A stretch of 64,000 nt of DNA from Octopus vulgaris (Eukaryota): positions 5,394,001 to 5,458,000 of the forward strand of contig OX597840.1 in the NCBI GenBank assembly GCA_951406725.2. Direction: 5' to 3'. The translations under genes and the position numbers were made by a program. Below, piece by piece: positions 41,254-57,257 of this stretch. Under the pieces are notes generated by a model. That model saw only the letters and a program-made list of their open reading frames with translations. It was not told where the DNA came from and did not search any database. Position 1 is the stretch's first letter. Every line of letters begins with the position of its first letter.

Positions 41254-42065
41254 GGAGGATAGCTCTTTTACTTCTTTGATTTTTACTTTTTTATTTTTTA
41301 CGTTTTAGTTTCTGTTTTTTAATGTCTGAATTTTTTATCTGCTGCCTTCTCAAATGTTTCATATTTCTTCTGTTATTCAATTACTTTAGTTCATTATATG
41401 TGGTTTGTGCCAGAAAAATAAGTTTGAGTTTTCTCACACATACATACATGCATATACACACATGCCAGCTTAATTTAATTTGCCCTTAGTCGAAAGACAC
41501 CTGTTGTTACTGTCGTGTTGTTTGCATTTGTATTTGTGTATCATTTCTCTGTTTTTACCATCCTTGTTTTTGTATACATTCACTGCTTTCTTCCACGGAA
41601 TCTAGTGCTCTTAGCTTAGATTTTCCTTGGGGCTGGCCAGATCGGAGCAGTCTCAAGTATAACCAGCCAAAACTACAAAGATTATATAGGACTCGACTGA
41701 TGAAAGAAAACTCCCAATGACCCATCCCCGTTTGTTCTTGTCCCTTTTTGTATCATCTAAATGTCTGGATGTCTTGTTGTCACCTGTTGCATTCTTATCT
41801 CATGTTTTTGTATTCTTTTTACACACACACACGCACACACATATATACATGTATAGTTTAGGACAATATTTGTCTAGTTTGATAAATGCCAAATCATGAA
41901 TCTCCCAGCCTTTCAGTCAATCGGTTGCTTCTGCTCACTATTAAAAAATATATATCTATACTCATATTCATGCATATATGTGTTGTGTATGTATATATCA
42001 ATAAATATCACTCTATATAAGTATACATGAATATATATCTACATTTATATATTTACATGAATATA

Positions 42066-42105
<40 letters not shown>

Positions 42106-42184
42106 GAAAAAAACACTTTTTATCAATTCAATAATGAATAAATAAATTATACCATTTGTGTGTGTGTGTGTGTATGTGTGTAAG

Positions 42185-42283
<99 letters not shown>

Positions 42284-42774
42284 GTATATATATATATATC
42301 ATCATCATCATCATCATCATTTAGCATCCGTTTTCCATGCTAGCATGGGTTGGACGGTTCAACTGGGGTCTGTGAAGCCGGAAGGCTGGATCATGTATAT
42401 ATATAAATTATAAAAAAAACACCTTTTATCAATTCAATAATGAAAAATTAAATTATACCATTTAGAAAAATTATATCTTATAGAAAGATTAAATATAAGA
42501 TAAAACATATAACAATGATTAAAACTTCCTCACGTCCTTAGAATATTGGCCGTTTTACAGACCTCACCATCTTGTGATAATTTTAGTATTCAATAAAATT
42601 ATATAAACCTGTTTAATATGTGTTATACAATATATTTCTATATTCAAAAATCAATGCAAATAAGGAAAACTAGACGATCAGATTACCAGAAAATTAGGAA
42701 TACTCAAACCGTATGTAAAAATATGTATGTAGGTATGATTGCATGAAAGATGTACCTATATATGTATGCATGTA

Positions 42775-42820
<46 letters not shown>

Positions 42821-43091
42821 AAATAATGAGGAGATAAATTGAATATTAATTTAATTAATATCAATTTAAAACCAGTAGCCTAGCATACAAAAATCTGAAA
42901 AATCAGAGAAAATTCTAATACATGTGTATATTTGAAGCGCAAACCACTATGTGGTCGGCCGTATGCTAGAAGAAGATCACCTACGATCAAACTACAAATA
43001 TACACATGGATATATATATATATGTGTGTATGTCTGTGTGTGTATATATAGGTATATATGTATATATACGTAGGTTTGTTTATATTGATAT

Positions 43092-43141
<50 letters not shown>

Positions 43142-43304
43142 TATGTATATATATATGCATATATGTATATTTATTTATATATACATATATATTTATATAT
43201 ATATATATAAATATGTTTTTTATATATATTTATATATTTATATAAATATATATACATATATACATATTTATTGATATATATATATATATATTTATATGTA
43301 TATA

Positions 43305-43394
<90 letters not shown>

Positions 43395-43859
43395 GCATTT
43401 CAGTTTGGTCGTGTTTTTTCTTCTTTTGCAAAATATACAAACTCATTATATATTTTTTGCTTCACTCATTTATTACTGTTCTTATTTTATTATTTTAACC
43501 CATGTCCATTCTCTGGACATGAGACAGAATAATAAAATATCCGTTTAAACAGATGATCTCACATCAGGAATTGTGTAAAACGAATTGATAAACATGTATA
43601 TATATATACATATATGTATTATATGTATATATATTATATATATCTATATGTATATATTGTATAGATATATATTATATATATCTATATCATATATATTTGT
43701 ATATATAATATATAGAATATATATGTATATATAAATATATAATATATATATATATATGTATATATATATGTATATATGTATATATAATGTATAAAATATA
43801 TATGCATATATAAATATATAATATATATATATATGCATATATACATATATATTATATAT

Positions 43860-44011
43860 ATTCTTTTATTTGTTGCAGTCATTTGACTACAGCCATGCTG
43901 GAGCACAGACTTTTGTAAACCTAGCACTTATTCTATTGGTCTCTTTTGTCAAACTGCTATGTTACAGGGACATAAACACACCAACATCAGTTGTCAAACG
44001 ATGGTGGTGGG

Positions 44012-44052
<41 letters not shown>

Positions 44053-44201
44053 CCTATATGTATATACAATGGGCTTCTCTCAGTTTCTGTGTATCAGATC
44101 CACCCACAAGGATTTGGTTGGTCTGAGGTGTCCAATGTAGGACTGAACCGGAGCCATATGGTTGGTAAGCAAGTCACTTACCACACCGCCACTTCTGCAC
44201 C
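43860..44201 (-). mobile_element. Diverged SINE family A
   Basis: Reverse-complement match with deletions. Confidence 0.75.
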
Positions 44202-44258
44202 TATTATTATTATACATACATATATATATGTATGTATATATATATATGTATATGTATG

Positions 44259-44314
<56 letters not shown>

Positions 44315-44328
44315 TGTATGTTTGTATG

Positions 44329-44369
<41 letters not shown>

Positions 44370-44726
44370 CTATATATATATACATACATATATATATATG
44401 TATATATATATATATATGTATGTATATATATATAGTATACACACATATATATATTTATAAATATATATATATACATATAATTTATATATGTGTATATATA
44501 TATTCTGTATGTATACATATATTGATATATTGTGTATATATATTCATATATATGTATTATTTATATATACGTATATGTATTTATATATATATATATATGT
44601 ATATATATGCCTTTATATATATGTATATGTATTTATATATACATGTATATAAATATATGTATATACATATATATGTGTATATATATATATATATGTGTGT
44701 ATATATATGTATATATATGTACATGT

Positions 44727-44810
<84 letters not shown>

Positions 44811-45368
44811 ATATACTTATTCATTTTAATATACATACAGACATGCACCAAAGCAATATACACATATAGAAATATTCATGTATTCATATATATATAGAAA
44901 TATTCATGTATTCATATATATATAGAAATATTCATGTATTCATATATATATATTAATATAAATATGCACACACACATACATGTATATATATATGTGTGTG
45001 TGTGTATGTGTGTGTGTGTATGAATTTATATATGTTTAGAATAAGTTCCATGTACTACAACAGCTTAGGATTCAATGGCTTTCATCTATTTAATATCTTC
45101 CTGAAAATCTTAGAATTTATACATTAAGTGTGTGCAGATTTATTTTTTTGTTCAAGACACCCCTTCATTTTCTTGTATCTAAAATCCTCTGTGAACTTAT
45201 ATCTCAACAAAGAACTCAAACTTGCACGGTATCTGGAACCCAACCACCTGAGAATGGCAAGGGGAAAGCGGACGGTAGTAGTGAGGCCCAAGCATTGCCG
45301 TGTTTTGGGGAATGAAATGCAGAAAAGCATAAAAGTATACATATATTCAACACACACACATATATATA

Positions 45369-45533
45369 GGCGCAGGAGTGGCTGTGTGGTAAGTAGCTTG
45401 TTTACCAACCACATGGTTCCGGGTTCAGTCCCACTGTGTGGCACCTTGTGCAAGTGTCTTCTACTATAGCCTTGGGCCAACCAAAGCCTTGTGAGTGGAT
45501 TTAGTAGACGGAAACTGAAAGAAGCCCGTCATA

Positions 45534-45564
<31 letters not shown>

Positions 45565-45792
45565 GCGTGTGTATGTAAGTGTGTCTGTGTTTGTCCCCTC
45601 AACATTGCTTGACAACCGATGCTGGTGTGTTTATGTCCCCGTTACTTAGCGGTTCGGCAAAAAGAGACTGATAGAATAAGTACTGGGCTTACAAAAGAAT
45701 AAGTACCGGGGTCGAGTTGCTCGATTAAAGGCGGTGCTCCAGCATGGCCACAGTCAAATGATTGAATCAAGTAAAAGAGTAAAAGAGTAAAG
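45369..45792 (+). mobile_element. SINE family A
   Basis: Full-length match. Confidence 0.9.
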
Positions 45793-46277
45793 GGAGAGAG
45801 TTAGGCTGGGAGATAGATAGATAGAAACATATATACTTGCTATGGCCATACTGAGCCCCTGCCTTGAAGAATTTCAGTTGAAACAATTGACTCCAGTATA
45901 TATTTTTTACATTCGGTACTTTTTCTATTGTTCCCTCTTCCCGAACTTTTACTTTACAGGCATGTAAACACACCAACACTGATTGCGGAGCTGGTTCGGT
46001 GGAGAGAAAAACATAAACACAAAGACACTTAGAAATACATGTGTATATATATATATATATATATATACAGTTGTGTTTGATGAGCTTTCTGCAGTCAGGA
46101 AGGATGAGAATTGCAGTTCTTGATTTCATTTCTTTTTTCATTCCATTTTTTGCACCAACCTTCTTCATATTATCTTTTCATATTTTCTTCCTGTCCAACA
46201 TAGTCTTAAAAACTATATATAACTCATCAACAGAGCCTGAAAGATTTCTTGATGATATATGGCATATTTCATACATA

Positions 46278-46319
46278 TGCCTGTCTAAGTATCATAATGG
46301 TGTGAAACTACTAGTAGCA
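46278..46319 (+). ncRNA. Degenerate hammerhead
   Basis: tgc CTGTCTA a gtatcat-a-atggtgt GAAA cta-c-tag TA gca; 3' half nearly identical to the 39192 HHR. Confidence 0.45.
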
Positions 46320-46342
46320 CTTTTGGTCATGTATTTAAATTG

Positions 46343-46377
<35 letters not shown>

Positions 46378-46589
46378 TTTTTATATATTTATATATATGC
46401 ATGTGTGTATGTATATGTATGTATATATATATATATATATATGCATGTGTATATATACATATATGTATATGCATGTATATATATATATATATGTATATGT
46501 ATGTAAAAAAGTACATCTATATATAAGTGTGTATATATATATATACATATGTATATATTTATATATATTCATATATATACATACATATG

Positions 46590-46664
<75 letters not shown>

Positions 46665-46696
46665 GTGTGTGTGTGTGTATATATATACATACATAT

Positions 46697-46774
<78 letters not shown>

Positions 46775-47068
46775 ATGTGTGTGTGTGTGTGTATGTATAT
46801 CTGTGTGTATATATATATATAGATATACACACGCACATATAGATGTGTGTATGTGACTTTGTGGGTGTCTATGAATATATTCATCATTTATTCTGCTCTC
46901 TGTTAGGGCCGTATGTTCACGCATTTAGTCAACTGAATCTTCACATCTATGAAAACCCAACAAGTTTATCCTGTAGAGACAACTTTGTTCACTCCGGCTC
47001 TTACATAATGAGTCATTAGACATAAGAATTCTACGTTGCAAAACATAATGATACATCTATATGACTTT

Positions 47069-47153
<85 letters not shown>

Positions 47154-47155
<2 letters not shown>

Positions 47156-47309
47156 CTAAAAATAAGGGTGTCTGAGAGACACCACCATGCTGAAATAGCA
47201 GTCAAATCCCTGACTATAAAAACCATATATACATACAATTTTTAGAGTCAGGGATTTGACTGCTATTTTCGGGTATGGTGGTGTCTCTTAGACACCCTTA
47301 TTTTTAGTT
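47154..47309. repeat. Inverted repeat (about 68-bp arms) between (TA)n tracts; 32-bp perfect palindrome follows at 47358-47389
   Basis: aactaaaaataagggtgtct..ccctgact / agtcaggg..agacacccttatttttagtt. Confidence 0.9.
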
Positions 47310-47400
47310 GTAAAAAATTATTACCTTTGTATGGTATTTTTCCCATGTTGGCTACTTGATAATATCGATATTTAAATATCGATATTATCTTTATTTATAA

Positions 47401-47438
<38 letters not shown>

Positions 47439-47677
47439 CATGTCTCGTTTTTGTTTGTTTTTTGTTTTTAACAAAAAAGTTCATCTTCCCTGTTTTTGTT
47501 TTCGTGTTTTCGTTTCTCATTGTGTTCAACGTGTTTTTGATGTCATGTACCCATATATGGATGTATATATACATATATATGTAGGTATATACATATATGT
47601 ATGTATATATGCATATATTTATATATTATTTATATTATTATATGATCGAATGCCACTCGTCCTTTTCCAAGTAAAAA

Positions 47678-47711
<34 letters not shown>

Positions 47712-47927
47712 GATGAATATATATATATATATTGTGACACAGTGGACAGAGCATCTGACTCACAGTTATGAGGTAGGATAGTGAGTTCGATTCCTGGACT
47801 GGGCTGTGCGTTGTGTCCTTGAGCATGCATACATATACATACATGCACACATATTTGAACATGTGTACCTATGTTTATATATGGATACAAATAGATGGAT
47901 AGATACACGAAGGGATAAGTCGATATG

Positions 47928-47962
<35 letters not shown>

Positions 47963-47998
47963 TATATAGATGTGTGCAAATGTATGTATATATGGCTG

Positions 47999-48046
<48 letters not shown>

Positions 48047-48091
48047 ATAATAGGTATACAGTTATGAAAAAGAAAACACGTAGAATGCTTT

Positions 48092-48492
48092 ACTCTCTTT
48101 TACTCTCTTTTACTATTTTCAGTCATTTGACTGTGGCCATGCTAGAGCACCACCTTTAATCGAGCAACTCGACCCCGGGACTTATTCTTTTGTAAGCCCA
48201 GTACTTATTCTATCGGTCTCTTTTGCCAATCCGCTAAGTAACGGGGACATAAACACACTAGCATCAGTTGTCAAGCAATGCTAGGGGACAAACACAGACA
48301 CATAAACACACAAACGCATATATATACATATACATATATTCGATGGGCTTCTTTCAGTTTCTGTCTACTAAATCCACTCACAAGGCTTTGGTCGGCCCGA
48401 GGCTACAGTAGAAGACACTTGCCCAAGGTGCCACGCATTGGGACTGAACCCAGAACCATGTGGTTTGTAGACATGCTACTTACCACACAGCT
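48092..48492 (-). mobile_element. SINE family A
   Basis: Reverse-complement match. Confidence 0.9.
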
Positions 48493-48658
48493 ATAAAAAA
48501 ATTAAAAGTTAGCCTTGTTTTTGATATTTTCAGTGTCATTAATCATAAAATACTTTTCTCATAACTTTTAATTTTTTGATAATAATAAATGAATATTTAT
48601 ATGTGTTGTCTTTTTTTAATAACTGTATACCTAATTTTGTATCCCCTTGCATATATGA

Positions 48659-48694
<36 letters not shown>

Positions 48695-48820
48695 GATTGA
48701 CTAATAATACAAGAGTGGAATTGAAACAGGATGTGTGTTAATAATATTGACATAATGACTCTCCCTAGACACAACAAAATATAATAAATTGGTGTTTTAT
48801 ATACATACATATATATATAT

Positions 48821-48925
<105 letters not shown>

Positions 48926-49019
48926 TATATCTATATATATACATATAGATAGGTGTATATAAATATATATATTTTATGTATATATATTCCTTGTTTCTCT
49001 CCTTGTTTTTTCTGTGTCC

Positions 49020-49055
49020 CTTTCTGTAGAAGAGCATAGGCTCGAAACGTAAAAG
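49020..49055 (+). ncRNA. Minimal hammerhead, family P1 (U6 variant)
   Basis: cttt CTGTAGA a gagc-atag-gctc GAAA cg TA aaag. Confidence 0.7.
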
Positions 49056-49408
49056 ACTTTTTCTATTCCTGAGCGTTATACTAATACATCTGTTTGTTTT
49101 GTACACCACCTGTCTTCGTCTTTTGTTTTTTTTTGTAAACTCTCCCTATATTTATAGATATATATATATTTATATATGTATGTATATAGGTGTATGTATA
49201 TAAATATATATGTATATAGTTATGTTATATTCTGTTAAGAACGTTATGAAGTACAGTACAAAGCTTGTCCACCTCCAGATTCCATCCTGTGCTATCCAGC
49301 ATTAGCATTATACATCCATGTTTGCATTTGGGCTTCTGTCATGTGTAAATTGATAACTGAAAAAATTGAAGTCAAGAAGAAGAAGAATGATTGAACATTT
49401 ATCTCTTA

Positions 49409-49514
49409 ATCATTACAATTGTTTCTATGCAACGTAGTTCACCAGGCATGCTGTTACTTGATTATGGAACTGCTTCCCTGCATTATGAGATCTAGTTGTG
49501 TTTCCTCAGGCGAT
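49409..49514 (-). ncRNA. Hammerhead-like motif with a long, decayed stem II
   Basis: Minus: atcgc CTGAGGA aacacaactag..(77 nt in all)..ctacgttgcata GAAA caattg TA atgat. Confidence 0.45.
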
Positions 49515-49818
49515 ATATAAATATTGTCACCATAAATTCAAATTCTTGGCTTCAAGAACATCCTCTCTGTCTATCGTGGCTTATATATATGTTCGTATGG
49601 ATGCATTCCTCCCCATCTTGGATTTGCTATGACAAATCCCTGAAGAGGATGAAGGCACTCAAGAATTGATATTTACCGAAATACATATATATGCATGTAT
49701 GTATATATATGCATACGTATGTTTATGTATGTACATTTTGGTGTATGTATATATCTGCATATATATATAAATATATATACATGTATATTTATATAATAGT
49801 ATAAGTATGTATGTATCT

Positions 49819-49863
<45 letters not shown>

Positions 49864-50019
49864 TAATGGCTAATTTAATATATAAAATTCAAGTTTTGCC
49901 CATGTGTATGAGAGAAGCGAATCCGGAATGTACTTGACATACAGGTAAATGTACACATATACATACATACATACATGCATATACATGCACACACACACGC
50001 ACAAATATATATTATTTAG

Positions 50020-50174
50020 GTATAGGTGTGACTCTGTGGTAAAAAGTTTACTTCTCTGACATATAGTTCAAGGTTTCAATCCCAGTTCATGGCTGAGAAA
50101 AATCTTGTGAAAATATATTTTGTAGATGGAAACTGAAAGTAGCCAGTCATATATATATGTGTATCTGTGTGTGA

Positions 50175-50208
<34 letters not shown>

Positions 50209-50660
50209 ACACGCGCATACTTTACATTTGATCAAATATATCTGTGACAAGTGTGTGTTTGTGTTTGAGTTTCTCCCTCACCACTGCTTGACAACTGTAA
50301 CTTAGTGGTTCAGAAAAGGGGAGTGATAGAATAAATGCCAGGCTTTAAAAAGTATGTACTGGTGTTGATCAATTTGATAAAAACCTTTGAAGGCAGTGCC
50401 CCAGCATGGCCACTGACTACAGACTTACAGAAGTAAATGTAAAAAAGATAAAGGATTTACATATATTTATATGTGTGTGGGGTGTATCTCAAAGGGCCAG
50501 CCTTGTCACAATCAGTGTCACGCTGAATGTCTCTGAGAAGTGTTAAGGGTACACCTGTCTATGGAATGCTCAACCACTTGCATGTTAATTTCACGAGCAG
50601 CCTCTTCTGTTGAACAGAGCAACTGGGACCTTCACCATCATAACCAACAGAGGGCTCCTC
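50020..50660 (+). mobile_element. Old family A copy (50020-50450) and family B type 1 tail (50490-50660)
   Basis: Diverged matches. Confidence 0.6.
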
Positions 50661-50938
50661 TATATATATCATTTAATGAGCACAGATTTTAAATACATGC
50701 CATTCTCTCACTGGCTCAGAAACTTATTTTGTTCATCTTATGAATAACAAAACAGAAAAACACACATGCATGCATGTCCAATATTTTATATGGAGATGGT
50801 CGTTTGATACCAATTTCTGAAATACCACAGCAAATTGATTTTTATGGGCTTCTTAAATATGTTTCAGTAACCGTATCTTATAGTTGTTTTCAGTCTAACT
50901 GTATAGTAACTTTACAGACATCCTGCATATATACATTT

Positions 50939-50990
<52 letters not shown>

Positions 50991-51053
50991 ACGCCATGTT
51001 GGATCTTTAGCCCCTACACGCAATTTTTTTCTCTCCTTGTTTTTTTCTGTGTA

Positions 51054-51091
51054 TCTTTCTGTCGAAGAGCATAGGCTCGAAACGTAAAAGA
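51054..51091 (+). ncRNA. Minimal hammerhead, family P1 (U6 variant)
   Basis: tcttt CTGTCGA a gagc-atag-gctc GAAA cg TA aaaga. Confidence 0.7.
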
Positions 51092-51226
51092 CTTGTTTTA
51101 TTTCTATTCCTGAGTGCCATACTAATACATTGTTTGTTTGTACTCCACCTGCCTTCGTCTTTTGTTTATTTTCATAAACCTACCTTCGTCTTTTGTTTAT
51201 TTTCGTAAACCTTCCCGTTATATATA

Positions 51227-51300
51227 TATATTATATTAATTAGAGACAAAACCACTATTATGCAAATAATAGTGGTTTTGTCTCTAATTAATATAATATA
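51227..51300. repeat. Perfect 35-bp stem with a GCAA loop
   Basis: Arms checked; related unfolded copy at 22605-22725. Confidence 0.9.
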
Positions 51301-51373
51301 ATATTTTACTATAAAATTGAATTCAATCATAAATCTGATTTTTCCCTGTAAATTTGGATTTATTCCCTATAAT

Positions 51374-52349
<976 letters not shown>

Positions 52350-52767
52350 TTACATATAAATATGTATATATACATAAATATATATATATATATAATCAAA
52401 TAAAATCTACAGACGGAGGAGAACATACTACCCCCATGTTCTTAATGATGAAATTAACCTCTCTGTCTATATGTCTACCCTCTTTGTAATGTTGGCAAAT
52501 GAAATAAGTATAAGAATGTGCATTGTCCATTTAATTAAAAAATTCTATATGTGGCTGAAGATTGCTCAACATTTTAAAACTGATGTTTAAAACTGAGTGT
52601 TTAATAAAATGAAGTAGCATGAAACAATTGTACTATACTACCTTGGATATCCTTGTTGCTTATTTTGATTATATTCACCCCAATTTGATTTATATGGATA
52701 ATACCATACAAAATTCTGGTGCCTTTAACTTAAGTACCATATTCATCTGAATCTAAATTATGCTGAA

Positions 52768-52805
<38 letters not shown>

Positions 52806-52832
52806 AATATGTAAGTATATATATATATATAT

Positions 52833-53180
52833 AGGTATGGTTGTGTGATAAAATGTCTACTTCCCAGTCACATAGTCCCAAAATTAGTCCCACTCTATGG
52901 CACTTTGGACAAGTCTCTTCTATTACAGCTTCGGAAAGAAGCCTGTTGTGTGTATGTATTTGTATGTGTGTGTGTGTTTATGCCTATGTTTGTCTCCCCA
53001 CCACCAAATCACAACCGGTGTTGGTTTGTTTATGTTGCCGTTCAGCAAAAGAGACTGATAGAGGAACTACCGGGTTTGAAAAAGAAAAAAGTACTAGGGT
53101 GGATTTGTTTGACTAAAAATTCTTCAGGGTGATGCCCCAGCATGGCCACCGTCTGTTGACTGAAACAATAGAAAATAAAA
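52833..53180 (+). mobile_element. Old SINE family A copy
   Basis: Diverged match. Confidence 0.65.
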
Positions 53181-53199
53181 CATATATAATTTGTTTTAA

Positions 53200-53395
53200 C
53201 AGATATATTTACTAAAATTACATAAAAATATCTTGAAATACTAAAGAGTAAATTTATTTAATAAAATCGTCATTGGCTTCAAGTTGGTGAATGCTGCCAT
53301 AATCCTTGCCTTCAGTTCATCTTTGGTGTTACTAGGAGTTTTGTTGGTCTCTCCCTCAGGTGACCAGATGTTAGGAGTGATGTGGTCATAGAATT
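53200..53395 (-). pseudogene. Tc1/mariner-superfamily transposase C-terminal relic
   Basis: Minus: DHITPNIWSP-EGETNKTPSNTKDELKARIMAAFTNL; the usual SPDxNPxD block appears deleted. Confidence 0.7.
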
Positions 53396-53567
53396 TTTTT
53401 ATGATAGCCAGATAAATGAAGAGATGGCGGCGTGGCTTTCCATCCTGACATCCGAAACTCGGAGTTTTATCATGGCTACCGAATAATTGTCACATATTAT
53501 AGATATATTCCTCTATTTACATAATATCGAGGTCTCTTTCATTCTTTTGTTGTCTAACCATTTCTAT

Positions 53568-53608
<41 letters not shown>

Positions 53609-53970
53609 TGTATTATACTTGAGGATTCCTATCCTTTTTAGAAAAATATACAAACAGAATTGCACAATTCTTCAGTTTAAGGGAAATTTGTTTGTATTAT
53701 AAACCCTGCATGAAAACAAATATTTATAGACATATATTATTGTGTGTATATATGTCTGTGTGTGTTTTTTGTATATATATATAAACACAAAAAATACACA
53801 AACATATATATATATATATACACACACATATATATATATTTATGTATGTGTGTATATATATAGATATATATATATATGTTTGTGTGTGTTTTTTGTATAT
53901 ATATATATACACACAAAAATCACACACAAACATGTATATATATACAAACAAATATATATTTATGTATGTA

Positions 53971-54014
<44 letters not shown>

Positions 54015-54016
<2 letters not shown>

Positions 54017-54320
54017 GAGGTGCAGTGGCCCAGTAGTTAGGACAGCGGACTCGCGGTCGGAGGATCACGGTTTCAATTCCCAGACCAGGCGTTGTGAGTG
54101 TTTATTGAGCGCAAACACCTAAAAGCTCCATGAGGCTCCGGCAGGGGGTGGTGATCCCTGCTGTACTCTTTCACCACTCTTTCTCCCATTCTTTCTTCTG
54201 TTGGCCTGATCGCTTAGCCAGCGGGGTGGCGTCATTCGAAGGCTAAAACAAAGCGAACGCATTGTGACCAGCGATGTGTAACTACATCTGATGGACTGGT
54301 CGTTCACGTGATCACGTGAT
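54015..54320 (+). mobile_element. SINE family B, tail type 2
   Basis: Family B head; tail ttcttctgttggcctg..ggctaaaacaa shared with 62618-62910. Confidence 0.85.
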
Positions 54321-54530
54321 ATATATATATATATATATAGATATAGATATAGTTGAGGTGTGTTCTGTTAAGAACGTATTAGTGTACAATATAGAGCTCA
54401 TTCACACTTAGAATTCCCAAATAGCCAGTAGTATTATTATGGTATGCTACCAATTCTAGTCTTAGTTTCAAAGGAGCCATGGATGTAACAGCATCAAAAT
54501 CAAGATTTACTTACGGAGACAGTGGTTAAA

Positions 54531-54676
54531 TATTACCTGAGGAGATACATATGGATCTAATTACACAGGTAAATCGTTACCTAATTTAATTTAATTTTAA
54601 TTTAAATTTGAATTTAAATCCTGTATATATACTTAGTTCTATATGTATCGAAACATTTCTAGAAATCGTTAAAAAG
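54531..54676 (+). ncRNA. Hammerhead core with a 106-nt stem II; stem I not paired
   Basis: CTGAGGA gatacatatgga../..tctatatgtatc GAAA c-atttctagaaat-cg TT. Confidence 0.5.
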
Positions 54677-54727
54677 CTACCTAACCATACTTACTCTTCC
54701 TTTTGACTCTTTGACTCTTTACTTTAC

Positions 54728-54771
<44 letters not shown>

Positions 54772-54923
54772 CTGTAAATTAGAAAAAAAACCCACCTTTT
54801 ATCAATTCAGCAATGAAAAAGTTTAATTATACCATATAGAAAAAAATTACATCCTGTAGAAAAAATTAAATATAAGATAAAAACATTTACCAATGATTAA
54901 GTAATGTACAAAATGATATATAT

Positions 54924-54955
<32 letters not shown>

Positions 54956-55046
54956 AGATAAAGGGTGAAATATAATTAATTTAATAAAATCAACAAATTT
55001 CACCAAGTAGTTTTTCAGTATGGAAAAGGACAATATTCGGTAAAAT

Positions 55047-55202
55047 TATATATAATTATAACAATGAGGGTCTTTGCAACAGGTTGCTAGTCCACATACC
55101 GAAAGTATTAGAAATAACAGTCGTCTGGCTGCTATTTCTAATACTTTCGGTATGTGGTCTAGCAACCTGTTGCAAAGACGCTCATTGTTATAATTATATA
55201 TA
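55047..55202. repeat. Near-perfect palindrome, 76-bp arms, 4-nt loop
   Basis: Direct reading; few mismatches. Confidence 0.95.
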
Positions 55203-55228
55203 TATATATGTATGTGCATATATATATA

Positions 55229-55273
<45 letters not shown>

Positions 55274-56029
55274 ATGTATATGTATATATATATGCAGGTA
55301 TGTATGTGTATATATATGTGTGAATATATTTATATACATATATACACATATGTATACACACACACACGTCTATATATATGTGGCTGTATATGTACAGATA
55401 TCTATATGTATGTATCTGTGCCTATATATGCACGCACACACACATACACACCTTTCACATACATACACGGAGTCTATGAACCCCATGTTTCCGGGCATCT
55501 GTTGTGGTCGAGCATCTATATGTATTTGAAACACCTATTGCGATCCTCCAAACCACACATTGGTGACATTTATGTAGAAGTCTTAATACTAACTTGTGTC
55601 TCTCCTCATTTTCCCTATATGTATATATTTATATATCTATCTATGCACACACACACACACACACACATTTGCAGTTGTTTTTGTATATCCTCAAATAATA
55701 CATTTATATAGGTATATGTATTTATACTATAAATATAATATATATATATATATATATGTGTGTGTGATCTTTCGTTATTTTTCCCTCTATACCTGTGTGA
55801 ATTATTTTTGAGTATACATTGTCTGGGAGATTTTTCTTATAGTAGAAGAAATAGCTAAGATTTTTTGGCTGCTATTTCTAAAAGTTCGGCGTGTGGTAAA
55901 GTAAATTATTTTACTGAACCCTAATTATATAACGTAATGTTTTAAATATACTGTAAATGGTCTTTTTAAATACCGAACACTACTTGGTAAAATTAATTAA
56001 TAATTAATTAATTTTACCAGTTTATTATT

Positions 56030-56075
<46 letters not shown>

Positions 56076-56294
56076 TAGTTTCAGCTCAGGAGCTGTGACT
56101 ATAATGTAAATGTAAACATACATGTTGAAATATGCATTTACATATGTATGTGTGTATGTATATATATTTATAAATTGTGCATATATATATATAAATAATA
56201 AATTTTAGGGTAGCAAAAAATTCTAGAAAAATTCTCCGCCACCAGCGGTCAAGTGAGAAAGGAAAAATTGTCAATAGACTATGTAATATACATT

Positions 56295-56466
56295 CAAACA
56301 CATAAGAGATGGCCATAATAGGACATCCGACTCACTAGAAAGAGCAGCTAGGGTAAACGTTTTTATTTCTCTTTCCATTTCAGAATTACAATTATTAGTG
56401 GTTTGGAGTTTAGCTGCTCTTTCTAGTGAGTTGGATGTCCTATTATGGCCATCCCTTATATGTTTG
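56295..56466. repeat. Inverted repeat, 56-bp arms, 60-nt spacer
   Basis: gatggccataataggacatcc.actcactagaaagagcagcta and its reverse complement. Confidence 0.9.
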
Positions 56467-56639
56467 CATATATATATATATATATATATATATGTGGGAC
56501 CTCAAACCCACAAGAGTAAACAAGTGAGACAGAGAAAGGCAGAAACAAGGAAAATGCCACTTGTATTTGAACACTATACAAATATTCTTTTAAAAAAACT
56601 TTTCTTTTAATTTTTCTAAATTTAATTATTTAATTGTTA

Positions 56640-56675
56640 CAGTTGAAAAAGTCTCAATGGCTGAAACCAGTACTG
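56640..56675 (+). ncRNA. Degenerate hammerhead
   Basis: cag TTGAAAA agtc-tcaat-ggct GAAA ccag TA ctg. Confidence 0.45.
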
Positions 56676-57257
56676 AAATGTTCTTTATAAAATTATTTTA
56701 GCATTTTCTACCTTGACTTTTTTTTCCATATATACATATATTTATATATATCCTTATATATGCTTCTATAATACACACACACACACACACATACATAATC
56801 TGGAGTGTATATTAGCAATAAATATGATACACAATGTGGAGATTGTTCATCCTCAAAATTTATTTCCTTTTATTTTACAATTCATACGACATAGTTTTGT
56901 GGTTATTGCAACCTATGCGTGTTTCCACTGTACAAAATATGTGCAGTTGCACATGCAAGAGGGCATAATTTTCTGTGCAGCTTTGTCCAGGGTCTGTCCA
57001 CCAGCTAGTCTCAAAGCAGTGTTTCTGTGCACTGGAAACACGTGCAGGTTGTAATAACCAAAAAATACGCTGCATGAAATTGTAAAATATAAAGGAAATT
57101 AATTACGAGAACGGACTAGTCTCTATAATCTATATCATTATAATTATTGCTAATATACACTCCAAATAATATTACTATCTCGTAAAGTGAATACGGAATT
57201 ACCCATTGGATAAATTTGCAGTGTAAGTGACAACTCATAGTAGTTCTTATATACAAA

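Noticed and set aside
41690-41725. ctgatga-aa-gaaa (homolog at 63435-63492 minus)
   Set aside because: No stem I or stem II pairing; a type II arrangement did not fold convincingly.
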